NCBI GenBank assembly: GCA_016703005.1 | Contig: JADJCX010000006.1 | Span: forward strand, 145,563-209,562 | DNA: 64,000 nucleotides | Source of the DNA: Flavobacteriales bacterium | GTDB taxonomy: Bacteria > Bacteroidota > Bacteroidia > Flavobacteriales_F > PHOS-HE28 | Direction: 5' to 3' | Part shown: positions 47,928-58,299 of the stretch, piece after piece | How the letters are laid out: the number at the start of each line of letters is the position of its first letter | Numbering within the stretch: the stretch's first letter is position 1 | The notes under the pieces: generated by a model | The model's input: only the letters and a program-made list of their open reading frames with translations | Told to the model about the DNA's origin: nothing | Databases searched by the model: none | Translations under genes and position numbers: made by a program

Positions 47928-48632
47928 GTGCGCATCGACATCCTCACCGCTCTACCGCGCTTGCTCGACAGTTGGTTCGGCGACAGCATTCTCCAACGCG
48001 CCCAGCAGAAGGGTCTCGTTGAAGTCCACATCCACGACCTGCGCAAGTGGAGCAACGACAAACACAAGCGGATCGATGACTATGCCTTCGGCGGCGGAGC
48101 CGGTATGGTGCTTCAGATCGAACCCATCCACTTGGCCATTTCCGAGCTCAAGAAGGAGCGTTCGTACGATGAGGTGATCTATATGAGCCCTGATGGCGCT
48201 TTGCTGGACCAGCCTATGGCCAACGAACTGAGCTTGAAAGGCAACCTGATCATCCTCTGTGGCCATTACAAGGGTGTGGACGAACGCGTTCGCGAGCATT
48301 TGGTCACACGGGAAGTGAGCATTGGCAATTACGTGCTGAGCGGTGGCGAGATCCCGGCTGCGGTACTGTGCGATGCCATTATCAGGCTGTTGCCCGGGGT
48401 ACTGAACGACGAAACCAGCGCGTTGAGCGACAGCTTCCAGGATGGCCTCGTGGCGCCACCGGCGTATAGCCGACCGGCTGAGTTCAATGGCTGGAAGATC
48501 CCTGACGTGCTGCTAAGTGGTCACCAAGCCAATATCGACGCCTGGCGCCACCAACAGGCGGTGGAGCGTACCCGGCAGCGTCGGCCCGAACTATTGGAGG
48601 GAAGTCCCGAGCTGCCGTTCGGGGATGGTTAA
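47928..48632 (+). CDS. trmD: tRNA (guanine37-N1)-methyltransferase
   Basis: GTG start at 47928 gives [13 protein letters not shown]. Motifs: [25 protein letters not shown] and [11 protein letters not shown]. Confidence 0.92.
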   Translation: MRIDILTALPRLLDSWFGDSILQRAQQKGLVEVHIHDLRKWSNDKHKRIDDYAFGGGAGMVLQIEPIHLAISELKKERSYDEVIYMSPDGALLDQPMANELSLKGNLIILCGHYKGVDERVREHLVTREVSIGNYVLSGGEIPAAVLCDAIIRLLPGVLNDETSALSDSFQDGLVAPPAYSRPAEFNGWKIPDVLLSGHQANIDAWRHQQAVERTRQRRPELLEGSPELPFGDG

Positions 48633-48712
48633 GGATGCATTGCCCGAACGGGAAACTTCCTTACACTTGCAGCCCATTTCGCGGGCCCACACCGCGCAAC
48701 ATCCTAAGCGCC

Positions 48713-49081
48713 ATGGACATCATCAAGCAACTCGAGAAACAGCTCGCACCCGTTCGCGAATACCCCGAATTCAAAGCCGGCGATACGGTGACCGTGCACT
48801 ACAAGATCACCGAGGGTAACAAGGAGCGTATCCAGTTGTTCCAAGGCGTTGTTATCCAGCGCAAAGGCAACGGCAGCACGGCCACGGTCACCGTCCGCAA
48901 GATCAGCAAAAACGTAGGCGTGGAACGCATCTTCCCGATCGCCTCCCCGTTCATCGACAAGATCGAGGTGAACAAGCATGGCCAAGTGCGCCGTGCGCGC
49001 ATTTTCTACCTGCGCGAGCGCCGCGGCAAGAGTGCCCGCATCACCGAGAAGCGTCAGGCTGTTGTGGCCGACGCGAAGTGA
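48713..49081 (+). CDS. rplS: 50S ribosomal protein L19
   Basis: ATG at 48713 (MDIIKQLEK). Motifs: [29 protein letters not shown], and [17 protein letters not shown]....RRARIFYLR. Confidence 0.95.
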   Translation: MDIIKQLEKQLAPVREYPEFKAGDTVTVHYKITEGNKERIQLFQGVVIQRKGNGSTATVTVRKISKNVGVERIFPIASPFIDKIEVNKHGQVRRARIFYLRERRGKSARITEKRQAVVADAK

Positions 49082-49100
49082 TATTGTCAAGATCATTGAA

Positions 49101-49137
49101 AGGCCTTCCGCCGAACGGTGGAGGGCCTTTTGCTTTT
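49101..49137 (+). terminator. intrinsic terminator after rplS
   Basis: AGGCCTTCCGCC-GAAC-GGTGGAGGGCCT forms an imperfect stem and is followed by TTTTGCTTTT, 20 nt after the rplS stop. Confidence 0.7.
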
Positions 49138-49219
49138 GGGGACGGGCTGGTCTCTGCTGACGACAGACCGCGCTAAAGCGTCGGGACAGGGACGCGGTCC
49201 GCGCACACCAGACGCCGTT

Positions 49220-49648
49220 CTAGTGCAGCGTGGGAGGACTCGTGCTACTGCCTTCGGACATGCTGATGATGCTGTCTACCACGAAGACGCTCATACCCCG
49301 CCATGGCAAAGCTCCCTTGTACTCCAAATAGTGCAGGTTGAAAACACGACCGCTGTTCGCCATGAGGTCGCGGGCCACCTTCTCGTTCTCCACGGAGAAG
49401 ATGAACTCGTTGCTCTGCATGGAACCGCTCTGCCCTCTTAGCCCGGACTGGATCAATCGGCCCTCATAGGTCTTGAACAGGACCCCCTTATAAACGACGT
49501 AGTTCAGTTCGCCGGCCTTTGCACCCTCGCCGAAGACCCAGAAGTACCGGAAGTAGATAGTGAACAGTAGAACGAGCAGCGCGATAACGCCGAACCATCG
49601 AAGGAATTTGCGAAAGGGCCGCTTGGGCTGGTCCACGTTGGTGTTCAT
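49220..49648 (-). CDS. hypothetical membrane-anchored protein
   Basis: 142 aa with an ATG start. There is one N-terminal TM helix (WFGVIALLVLLFTIYF). Codon usage is GC3-rich, typical of the host. Confidence 0.65.
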   Translation of the reverse strand: MNTNVDQPKRPFRKFLRWFGVIALLVLLFTIYFRYFWVFGEGAKAGELNYVVYKGVLFKTYEGRLIQSGLRGQSGSMQSNEFIFSVENEKVARDLMANSGRVFNLHYLEYKGALPWRGMSVFVVDSIISMSEGSSTSPPTLH

Positions 49649-49881
49649 GCAACGAATGTAGACAGGGGCGAGCGGCGCGATCCGAGGGCACCTTGGTGCA
49701 GTGCTACAGATCGCTCTGGCAAGAGCCGAGCGGAGTACATCTGTATACGCGCGGAGGCCATATGCTCCTAAAGCACTCGGGAAAAACCCGGGCGCTTACC
49801 CTGCGCGCTGCACCCGATGCAATATGGGGGACCCTGATGGGCTGAAGAGGAACTATCCGTTACTTGGCTCATATTGAACGC

Positions 49882-50588
49882 ATGATCAGGAATCTGCTGG
49901 GGCCTCGCTCTTGTTCGCTGTGTCCTTGCGTGCACAGGACACCGCAGGGGTATTCCCCGTGCGCACGATCCATGTGAATCCGCTTTCGCTGATATCGCCC
50001 TATGAGCCTTCGCTACGCATTGGCTATGAGCAGTTCATCACGCCAAGAGCTTCGATCCTGATAGAGGCCGGGGGATATCCGAGTTTCAATGTGGAGGGCT
50101 GGATGGACGGAATCCTGGGCCGCGTGGAAGTTTGCTACTGGTACCGGACAAACAAGAACGGGAAGTGGTCCGGCGTCTCCCTTGGCATAGCCTACAAAGC
50201 GATGCACGGGACCTTCCAGGATAGCATAGCCATTGGCAACATGCCGCCGTACATGCGCTCATACGAAGTTGAGAAAGATGTGCTCCTCGTTCGTTTGCTC
50301 AGGGTCGATCGCGTCGTTGCAGTACGTAGGTGGCGACTGGAGTCGTACTACGGGATCGGGGTGCGGATCAGGAATGCTGTGGCCTATGGCATCACAGAAG
50401 AAGAACTGGAGCACCGCAGGTATTCGGACTGTGATGAATGCGACACCCCTGAAGTAGTGCGTAGCATAGGTCGCCAAGTGCTACCGGGACTTGTCGCTGG
50501 TTTCCGGGTCGGACTGGATCTTTACGAGGCGCCCTTGAGCGGGCGCGCTCAACACACGAGCGGGTGCAGGAGAGAACATTCGCAGTAG
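49882..50588 (+). pseudogene. hypothetical secreted/outer-membrane-like protein with a frameshift in the signal-peptide region
   Basis: The ORF body (49911-50588) has no ATG. An ATG at 49882 lies in another frame. One extra G in the GGGG run 49899-49902 would give MIRNLLGASLLFAVSLRAQDT, a normal signal peptide. Codon usage is atypical (AGG/AGA/ATA). Confidence 0.55.
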
Positions 50589-50593
50589 CGGAC

Positions 50594-51166
50594 CTATTGG
50601 ATGCAAACGAATTTCTCCGGATGGCTTCTGATGTAGAGTTCGAATAGTGCCATCGCACGGTCGTGATGTTCCAAGTAAGCGTCATCGAGACGACCCATTT
50701 CCGGAAGTCGCTCGCGTAACCACGACCACTCCTCTTTGCCTGCAGCGACCAGCTCAAATTCACCCTTGTGCTTCCAGCAGTCATCAAGAGCATCCTGTAA
50801 AATCTTGGCCGAAGTCGGATCCCCAACAAGTTCAAGACCTGTCAATATGCTCTGGGAGTAAATCAGATAGCCGTTGAGGAAAAACTGCATAAAACCTCCA
50901 TTGACCACCTGTCCATCTAGATACCAGAAGAAGTACAAGGCCTTCTGGGCAGGAGAAAACCGCTTTGCAAGCGCAACCTCTTCATCCTCGTCCTCGGCAA
51001 TGCTGATTCCTTTGAGAATCAACCAACCAAAGTCCCACGATCGGAGCGATTCGAACTCGTCACGAGATACTATGGGCAGCAGATGATCAGCCGGATCGAA
51101 CTCATTGAACCAATCCTCCAGCAATGCAGGATCCATCAGCAGAGTCGGTTGGGGCTCAGATCCCAT
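50594..51166 (-). CDS. DUF4375 (DMP19-like) domain protein
   Basis: 190 aa. The hallmark is YFFWYLDGQVVNGGFMQFFLN. Third-codon positions are markedly more A/T-rich than in the flanking genes. Confidence 0.7.
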   Translation of the reverse strand: MGSEPQPTLLMDPALLEDWFNEFDPADHLLPIVSRDEFESLRSWDFGWLILKGISIAEDEDEEVALAKRFSPAQKALYFFWYLDGQVVNGGFMQFFLNGYLIYSQSILTGLELVGDPTSAKILQDALDDCWKHKGEFELVAAGKEEWSWLRERLPEMGRLDDAYLEHHDRAMALFELYIRSHPEKFVCIQ

Positions 51167-51207
51167 TCAGCTACTTGGGTCAAGTACGAAAATGTCGAGA
51201 TAGGTGA

Positions 51208-53871
51208 TCACCCCACCAATTCTTTATTCCTGTTCGGGATGTCGTCCTTGTTGAAGGCCACCTTCTCATCCTCCTCCTTCAGCTTCAGCACTAGGGCGAG
51301 CGCATCGGGCACCACATCGCTGCAGAGTGTGAGGAAGCTGCCGGGCTTGGCCGTTGAGATGGCGTGGCGGATCGCAGCCTCCTCCTTCTTGATGATGATG
51401 TAGGGCTTGTTGGGGTCCACTTCCTTGATACCCCTCACCATGAGCGCGATGATCTCGTCGTCGGTCTTGCCACGCAGGTTGCGGTCCTGGCGGATGATGA
51501 TCTCATCGAACATCTGTGCGCTGAGGCGGCCGAGGTTCACCGTGTCCTCGTCGCGGCGGTCGCCAACGCCCGCGATCACGCCCACTTTCGGGCTGTCGGG
51601 GATCTTGCTGAGGAACTTGCCGAGCGCTTCGAAGCCATGTGGGTTGTGGGCGTAGTCCACCACCACTTGGAAATTCTTGAACTGGAAGAGGTTCAGGCGG
51701 CCCGGCGTCTGCGCGGCGCCCGGCACGAAAGTCATGAGCGCCTCGCGCAGCTCTTCGATCTTCACGCCTTGCACGTATGCCGCGAGCACGGCGGGCAGCA
51801 CGTTCTGGATGTTGAAAACGGCCTTACCACCATAGGTGATGGGGATGTTCACGGCCTTCTCGATGCGCAGCTTCCACTCACCCTTGCTGATGGTGACGAA
51901 GCCGTTCTCGTAGATCGCGGCGAGACCACCGAGCTTGCAGTGCTGGCGCACGAGGCGGTTGTTCTCATCGAGGCTGAAGAGGGCGATCTTGCAATCGCAC
52001 TGCTTGCGCATGGCCATCACGAGTTCATCGTCGGCGTTGAGGATCGCGTAGCCATCGCGACGCACACTGCGCGGCACGGTGCTCTTCACATGGGCGAGTT
52101 CCTCCAGCGTGTGGATGTCCTTCAAGCCCAAGTGATCGGCGGCCACGTTGGTGACGATGGCCACGTCGCAGTGCTCGAAGCCGAGACCGCTGCGCACCAG
52201 ACCACCGCGCGCTGTTTCCAACACGGCCATATCCACCACGGGCTCCTTCAGCACGAACTGTGCACTCGCGGGGCCCGTGCAATCGCCCTTCATCAGCAGG
52301 CGGTTCATGATGTACACGCCATCACTGCACGTCATGCCTACCTTATAGCCTGCGCTGCGCATGAGGTGCGCGGTAAGGCGGGTGCTCGTGGTCTTCCCGT
52401 TGGTGCCGGTGACGGCGATGATGGGGATGCGGCTCGGTGTGCCTGGCGGGAAGAGCATGTCCACGACGGGTTCCGCCACGTTCTTGCCGATGCCACCGGT
52501 GGGATCCAAGTGCATGCGGAAGCCGGGCGCGGCGTTCACTTCCAACACAGCGCCGCCGCTCTCGTTCAGCGGTAGGCTGATGTCGTCGGTCATGATGTCG
52601 ATGCCGCAGATATCGAGGTCGATGATGCGACTGATCCGCTCGGCGAGGAAGACGTTGAACGGATGCACCACTTCGGTGACGTCATCAGCCGTGCCGCCCG
52701 TGCTGAGATTGGCGGTGGCCTTGAGGTAAACGGTCTCCCCTTTCGCGGGCACGCTCTCGGGCGTGAGGCCCTTCAGCCCAAGCAGCTTCAGCGTATGGTC
52801 GTCGATGTCGATGCGCGTGAGCACATTCTCGTGACCGTAGCCGCGACGCGGATCCTTGTTCACCTCCTCGGCGAGTTGTGCGATCGTGCTCTTGCCATCG
52901 CCGACCACGCACGCCGGAGTGCGTTTCGCGGCGCAAATGAAGCGGTGGTTGATGACGAGCAAGCGGTGATCGAGACCCGTGATGTAGCGCTCCACGATGG
53001 CGCTGCGGCTGATCTCCTTCGCCTTGGCCAGCGCGACTTTCGCTTCTTCGAGGCTCTTGATGCCGATGGTGGCTCCGCGTCCGTGATTGCCACCGATGGG
53101 TTTGATGACGCAGGGAAAACCGACGGAATCCAAGGCCGCTTCCAAGCCTTCCTCAGTGCGCACCACACGGCCTTTGGGCACGGGGATCTCGTAGCTCTCC
53201 AACAACTGCTTGGTCTCCTCCTTATCGCAGGCGATCTCCACGCCTATGTTGCTGGTCTTGCTGGTGATGGTGGCGCGGATGCGCTTTTGGTGGATGCCGT
53301 GACCGAGTTGCACCAAGCTCTGGCCGTTCAACCGCAAATAGGGAATGCCGCGTGACACCGCTTCCGCCACGATGCTGCCTGTCGAAGGCCCCAAACGCGA
53401 TTCTTCACGCAGCTCGCGCATCTTCTGCAGATCGTCCGCGAGGTCGTACTTCTCTCCGCTGATGAGCGCTTCGGCGATGCGGACCGCAGCCTTCGCAGCG
53501 AACATGCCCACCGGCTCTTCAATGTAACTGAAGACCACGTTGTACACACCGTTCTCGCGTGTGCTGCGCGTGCGACCGAAGCCAGTCTCCATGCCCGCTA
53601 GCGTCTGGATCTCCAGCGCGATGTGCTCGATCACATGGCCCATCCAGGTCCCCCGCTTCACCCTTTCCCAGAAACCACCTTCGTGATCCTCACTGCACCG
53701 GTGGCTCACCATGGTGGGCAGCAACGTGGTGATGCGCTCGTAGAATCCTGGGATCTTGTCGGTGGGCTTCTGCTCCAGATCCTCGATGTCGAGGCGCATG
53801 ACAATGAGGTTGTGCCGCTTGACGGACCAGTAGTTTGGGCCACGCATGGCCTTAAGTTCGAGGATGCGCAT
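51208..53871 (-). CDS. cphA: cyanophycin synthetase
   Basis: ATG at 53871 (MRILELKAMRGPNYWS). An ATP-grasp section (CVIKPIGGNHGRG) is followed by a Mur-ligase-like section (IIAVTGTNGKTTSTRL). About 886 aa. Confidence 0.93.
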   Translation of the reverse strand: MRILELKAMRGPNYWSVKRHNLIVMRLDIEDLEQKPTDKIPGFYERITTLLPTMVSHRCSEDHEGGFWERVKRGTWMGHVIEHIALEIQTLAGMETGFGRTRSTRENGVYNVVFSYIEEPVGMFAAKAAVRIAEALISGEKYDLADDLQKMRELREESRLGPSTGSIVAEAVSRGIPYLRLNGQSLVQLGHGIHQKRIRATITSKTSNIGVEIACDKEETKQLLESYEIPVPKGRVVRTEEGLEAALDSVGFPCVIKPIGGNHGRGATIGIKSLEEAKVALAKAKEISRSAIVERYITGLDHRLLVINHRFICAAKRTPACVVGDGKSTIAQLAEEVNKDPRRGYGHENVLTRIDIDDHTLKLLGLKGLTPESVPAKGETVYLKATANLSTGGTADDVTEVVHPFNVFLAERISRIIDLDICGIDIMTDDISLPLNESGGAVLEVNAAPGFRMHLDPTGGIGKNVAEPVVDMLFPPGTPSRIPIIAVTGTNGKTTSTRLTAHLMRSAGYKVGMTCSDGVYIMNRLLMKGDCTGPASAQFVLKEPVVDMAVLETARGGLVRSGLGFEHCDVAIVTNVAADHLGLKDIHTLEELAHVKSTVPRSVRRDGYAILNADDELVMAMRKQCDCKIALFSLDENNRLVRQHCKLGGLAAIYENGFVTISKGEWKLRIEKAVNIPITYGGKAVFNIQNVLPAVLAAYVQGVKIEELREALMTFVPGAAQTPGRLNLFQFKNFQVVVDYAHNPHGFEALGKFLSKIPDSPKVGVIAGVGDRRDEDTVNLGRLSAQMFDEIIIRQDRNLRGKTDDEIIALMVRGIKEVDPNKPYIIIKKEEAAIRHAISTAKPGSFLTLCSDVVPDALALVLKLKEEDEKVAFNKDDIPNRNKELVG

Positions 53872-53995
53872 GGATCGTACTTCTTGCGGGTCAATATAGG
53901 GCGGCACATTGTTGATACTTCCATCATCCTTTGCTCATGGTCAAGTTGAAGCCCTCTATTTTGGCCCCTCGGGGGCGGGGGGCTAACCAGCAAGC

Positions 53996-54865
53996 ATGAC
54001 ACCCAAGGGCAAACTCATCGCCATCGGAGGCAACGAGGACAAAGGCACGGCACCGGAAGCAGGGCACAACGCAAAGGTTTACAGTGGTGCGTTCATCGAG
54101 GAAGGGATCCTGAGACGTGTGGTGGATGAGATCGGCGGAACCAGCGGCCGACTGGCCGTGATCACCAGCGCCAGCAGTATTCCGGAAGAAGTCGGGAACA
54201 ATTACATCGAAGCATTCGGCAGGTTGGGATTGAAGGAAGTGGACGTGCTCGATATCCGCGAACGCGGCCACGTGAAACCCGATATGATCAAGCGTTTGGC
54301 AAAGGCCGACGGTGTGATGATGAGCGGCGGTAACCAGCTGCGGCTGACCACCATTTTCGGCGGGACGGCGTTCCTTCAGTTGATGAAGCGCCGATATGAG
54401 GAAGAAGCGGGCTTCGTGATCGCCGGCACCAGTGCTGGGGCCATGTGTATGAGCAGTACCATGATCTACCAGGGGCACAGCAGCAGCGGACTAGTGAAGG
54501 GCGGGGTGAAGATGACCACCGGTGCAGCGCTCATCCATGACGTGATCATTGACAGTCATTTCGTTGAGCGCGGCCGTTTCAGCCGGTTGAGCCAAGCCGT
54601 GGCCAGCAACCCGAACGCCATCGGTATCGGCCTGGGCGAGGACACCGGTGTGGTGATCACCGATGCCGATATGCTGGAAACGATCGGCAGCGGACAGGTG
54701 ATGATCTTCGACGGCCACGACATCAGCTACAGCGACTACGCCGACGTGGAAGAAGGCGAGCCCTTCAGCATCGAAGGCATGAAGGTGCACATCATCAGCA
54801 AGGGCCACAGCTACTCCGTGAAGCAGCGGCAGTTCAGCGCAGTGCGCGTGCCGGTGAAGGGCTAG
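53996..54865 (+). CDS. cphB: cyanophycinase (peptidase S51)
   Basis: 289 aa. Motifs: KLIAIGGNEDK, MMSGGNQLRL and the catalytic-serine motif IAGTSAGAMCMS. It is divergent from cphA. Confidence 0.9.
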   Translation: MTPKGKLIAIGGNEDKGTAPEAGHNAKVYSGAFIEEGILRRVVDEIGGTSGRLAVITSASSIPEEVGNNYIEAFGRLGLKEVDVLDIRERGHVKPDMIKRLAKADGVMMSGGNQLRLTTIFGGTAFLQLMKRRYEEEAGFVIAGTSAGAMCMSSTMIYQGHSSSGLVKGGVKMTTGAALIHDVIIDSHFVERGRFSRLSQAVASNPNAIGIGLGEDTGVVITDADMLETIGSGQVMIFDGHDISYSDYADVEEGEPFSIEGMKVHIISKGHSYSVKQRQFSAVRVPVKG

Positions 54866-54921
54866 CGCCAGCGGGGCAGCGTGGGGCTACCTTCGGAACG
54901 TCAGTCCTGAAAACCTTGCCC

Positions 54922-55744
54922 ATGAAGCTCCGCTCCTACCTTTTCGTTGCCTTATCGAGTACCGCGCTCGTCGCATCCAGCCAATACCAATTGGAGTACA
55001 CGTACTACGGCGGTGGCACGGGTGGCGCCGGTGGTCAAAACAAATTCCACATGGTGCATCTGGAGACCATGGGCGACCACTACGTCTACTATGACCGCCC
55101 GGCAAGAGCCGTGTACGTGATGGATCTTTATCATCAACTGGTTTCCACCATCAGCCTCGCTACAGCGGACCCCGACAGCTCTTCTTTGGGCGCCGTGGAG
55201 GAAATACTTTACGTGTCGCAGCATCTGTTCGACACCGACGATGAGATCGAGTTGATGTTCGTGAAATATTATGTCGGCACTTCGATAGTCAATGAGGACG
55301 GCACTGTGATCCATTTCTGGCCGAACGAGATGCCCATGATCGGTCAAAGCGGAATCCCCAGGAACAGCGGCCGATCTGCAACACCCGCTCGGAGCGAAGC
55401 TGATATTGAGTGACCAGTTGTTGGGAGATGCCAAAGTGTACTCCCTTCCGGGAACACTGTTTACCGGCATCAGCGGCCCTCACGAACAAAGCGTGCTTTC
55501 CGCACCGGTGAAAGTCTACCCGAATCCCACCGCGAGCGAAGTGACGGTTGAAATTCCTTGGACCACGCGTTTCACCAGTGCCGACATGGCGTTCTTCAAC
55601 AGTGTTGGTGAGTTGGTGCTGACCCAAGCGATCACCGTCACTGGACAGCGGATCAACATTGCACCCCTGGCTGCTGGTGAGTACAGCTATCGCGTCAGTA
55701 TGGATGGTCAGCAGGTTAATGCCGGGAAGCTGACCAAGCTCTAA
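54922..55744 (+). pseudogene. hypothetical T9SS-sorted protein, frameshifted
   Basis: The signal peptide MKLRSYLFVALSSTALVASSQ is in ORF 54916-55413. The T9SS type A CTD (VKVYPNPTASEVTVEI...GEYSYRV) is in ORF 55406-55744. The frames can be joined at the CCCC run 55356-55359. Confidence 0.65.
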
Positions 55745-55754
55745 GCTTTTTGTT

Positions 55755-56711
55755 TCAGCAACCCGCGCGCTCTTCCACCCGATAGCGGTTCCGCTCCGGG
55801 CTGTTGCGGCTCACCAGTTCGGCCACAAAACCCATGGTGAACAACTGCACACCGATGACCATGGCCGTGAGCCCGACATAGAACAGTGCTTGGTCGGAGA
55901 CGCGCGGGGCCAAGGTCTCCGTGACCCATGTGTGCCATGCCTTTTCGGTCAGCAACCACGCGGCCGACAATGATCCGAGAACGAACATCAAGGTGCCGAG
56001 CGCACCGAAGAAGTGCATGGGCTTCTTGCCGAACCGGAAAATGAATGCGATCGTGAGCAGGTCCAGAAAGCCATTGATAAAGCGGTTCAATCCGAACTTG
56101 GTCTTGCCATGCTTTCGTGCGTGGTGCCGCACCACTTTCTCACCGATCTTCCTGAACCCTTCCTTATAGGCAATGAACGGTATGTAGCGGTGCATCTCGC
56201 CGAAGACCTCGATGTTCTTCACCACTGCCTGGCGATAGGCCTTCAGCCCGCAGTTGAAATCGTGGAGGTCCACATGGCTCATGCGGCGCGTGGCCCAATT
56301 GAACAATTTGGTCGGAACCGTTTTACTGATCGGGTCGTGGCGCTCCTTCTTCCAGCCGCTCACCAAGTCGAGTCCATCCACCGTGATCATGCGATAAAGC
56401 TCCGGGATCTCGTCGGGATCGTCCTGCAAGTCGGCATCCATGGTGATCACCACATTGCCGTGTGCGGCCTCGAACCCCTCGTTCAAAGCAGGGCTCTTCC
56501 CATAGTTGCGCCCGAAGCGTATGCCCTTGACGCGTGAGTTCGTTGCCCTCAAGCGCATGATCTCTTCCCACGACCCATCGCGACTTCCGTCATCCACGAG
56601 GATCACCTCATAGTCCTTACCCATGGCACCGATCACGGAATGCAGCTTGGCCACAAGTTCATCCAACGATTCGCGCTCGTTCAAAAGCGGGATGACCACG
56701 GAAATGTCCAT
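55755..56711 (-). CDS. family 2 glycosyltransferase (polyprenol-phosphate glycosyltransferase-like) with C-terminal TM helices
   Basis: Motifs: ISVVIPLLNERESL, ILVDDGSRDGS and DADLQDDPDEIP. There are two C-terminal TM helices. Confidence 0.88.
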   Translation of the reverse strand: MDISVVIPLLNERESLDELVAKLHSVIGAMGKDYEVILVDDGSRDGSWEEIMRLRATNSRVKGIRFGRNYGKSPALNEGFEAAHGNVVITMDADLQDDPDEIPELYRMITVDGLDLVSGWKKERHDPISKTVPTKLFNWATRRMSHVDLHDFNCGLKAYRQAVVKNIEVFGEMHRYIPFIAYKEGFRKIGEKVVRHHARKHGKTKFGLNRFINGFLDLLTIAFIFRFGKKPMHFFGALGTLMFVLGSLSAAWLLTEKAWHTWVTETLAPRVSDQALFYVGLTAMVIGVQLFTMGFVAELVSRNSPERNRYRVEERAGC

Positions 56712-56904
56712 GCGGCAAATGTGCGGGTGAAAAGGCCACGGAGTGAAAGATCACTGTGGTCCCGGATGCCCGAGCGACTACATTCGCGCCTTGGGGCAAG
56801 TCCCGTACGACCAGCTCCCGCTTAATCCCCCAGGGCCGGAAGGCAGCAAGGGTAGGCGGTTGTAGCGGAGCGATGCGATCAGCTTGCCCCTCTTTTTTTG
56901 CCCT

Positions 56905-57708
56905 ATGTCAACGTACGCGAAGGTTGTACTTGTAACGGGTGGCAGCAGCGGGATCGGCCGCGCCATCTGCTCGCGACTTGCCGCAATGGGACACATCGTT
57001 TACGGCACGAGCCGTAAACCCACCGAGGACCCGAAAGGATGGCGGCTGATCGCCTTGGACATTACGAACGAGGATTCGGTGCGCGCAGCGGTCGAAGAAG
57101 TACTTCATCGCGAGAAACGCTTGGATGTGGTCGTGAACAACGCCGGTGTCGGTATACAAGGACCAGCGGAGGATACCGGAGTGGAACTGGCTCGGCAATT
57201 ATTCGACCTGAACGTCTTGGGTGCCCACCGCGTGTGCCGTGCGGTTTTGCCGGGTATGCGTCAACGGGGAAGCGGCCTCATCATTAACGTAAGCAGCATC
57301 GCTGCGAACTTCGGACTACCCTACCGCGCTTTCTACAGCGCCAGCAAAGCAGCGCTCGATCGATACAGTGAAGCACTGCGGTTGGAGGTGAAGCCCTTCG
57401 GGGTGAAGGTGGTGGTGATCCAGCCAGGCGAGTTTAAAACGAACATCGCCGGAAGTCGGCTTCGGCCAGCGACCATTGACCCGGCCTATCAGAAAGGATA
57501 TACCCGGGCTATGGAGGTGCTCGGCGGAAGCATGCACTATAGTCGTGATCCCGATGAGTTGGCACAGGTGGTGGCCAAGATCATTGCCGCTCCCAAACCC
57601 AAGACGCTTTACCGCATCGCGCAAGGTGTTCAGAAGTTCAGCGTACTGCTGAAGAAGCTCATGCCGGGGCATGCCTTTGAGCGCATGGTAGGCAAACACT
57701 ACGAGTAA
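56905..57708 (+). CDS. SDR family oxidoreductase
   Basis: ATG at 56905. Motifs: VVLVTGGSSGIGRA, NNAG and YSASKAAL. Confidence 0.88.
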   Translation: MSTYAKVVLVTGGSSGIGRAICSRLAAMGHIVYGTSRKPTEDPKGWRLIALDITNEDSVRAAVEEVLHREKRLDVVVNNAGVGIQGPAEDTGVELARQLFDLNVLGAHRVCRAVLPGMRQRGSGLIINVSSIAANFGLPYRAFYSASKAALDRYSEALRLEVKPFGVKVVVIQPGEFKTNIAGSRLRPATIDPAYQKGYTRAMEVLGGSMHYSRDPDELAQVVAKIIAAPKPKTLYRIAQGVQKFSVLLKKLMPGHAFERMVGKHYE

Positions 57709-57710
57709 CC

Positions 57711-58242
57711 ATGCCCTCGGCTTTTGGACATGCCATTGCCGCGATAGCCATTACAAAGGCTTCGCCGCGCGTGCGCTTTCGGGCTCGCGTTGTCGCCATT
57801 GCTGCACTGTCCGCCATCGTTCCGGACTCTGGACGTTGTCAGTTTCAGTCTCGGTATTCCCTATGAGCACATGCTCGGACACCGTGGTGTGACGCATTCC
57901 CTTGCATTCTCCGCAGTGTGGGCATCGCTGATGATGCTGTTGTTCCACAGGGGCGAGCGAAGTCGATGGCTATGGTTGTGCCTCTTCGGTTGCACAGCGA
58001 GCCATGCATTGCTGGATATGTGCACCACCGGAGGTTTGGGTTGCGCGTTGTTCGCCCCATTCTCCAACGAACGGTACTTCTTCCCATGGCGACCCATCTC
58101 GGTTTCACCGGTGGAGATCCACAGCTTCTTCGGTGAATGGGGCCTGCGCGTGCTGAAGAGCGAAGCCCTTTGGATCGGACTTCCGTCCGCAGTGATCTTC
58201 GCTGCCGCCTATCTGTTGAAAAGGCGCCCTGCCCGGGATTGA
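57711..58242 (+). pseudogene. membrane-bound metal-dependent hydrolase (YdjM/DUF457 family), frameshifted
   Basis: ATG at 57711 gives MPSAFGHAIAAIAI...AALSAIVPD. The sequence continues in the frame of ORF 57790-58242 as LDVVSFSLGIPYEHMLGHRGVTHSL. There is one extra base near 57828 (CCGGAC-T-CTGGAC). Confidence 0.7.
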
Positions 58243-58299
58243 AGCACCACCTACATTCGCGCCTCGCTCGCCGGAAACGACGAGCAAATGACCTACAAC

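Noticed and set aside
46979-48067. Long N-terminal extensions given by the ORF track. Examples: 46979-48067, 20896-22332, 12867-13589, 15763-17070, 14527-15129 and 31067-31603.
   Set aside because: In each case an internal ATG is followed immediately by a signal peptide, a lipobox or the conserved family N-terminus. The upstream part is Arg/Pro-rich and overlaps the neighbouring gene or its promoter region.
56712-56904. GC-rich 190-bp intergenic region between the GT2 and SDR genes considered as a riboswitch or structured RNA.
   Set aside because: It contains only weak, imperfect hairpins (for example CCACGGAGTGA...TCACTGTGG) and no motif I can match to a known riboswitch class. There is not enough evidence to call a feature.
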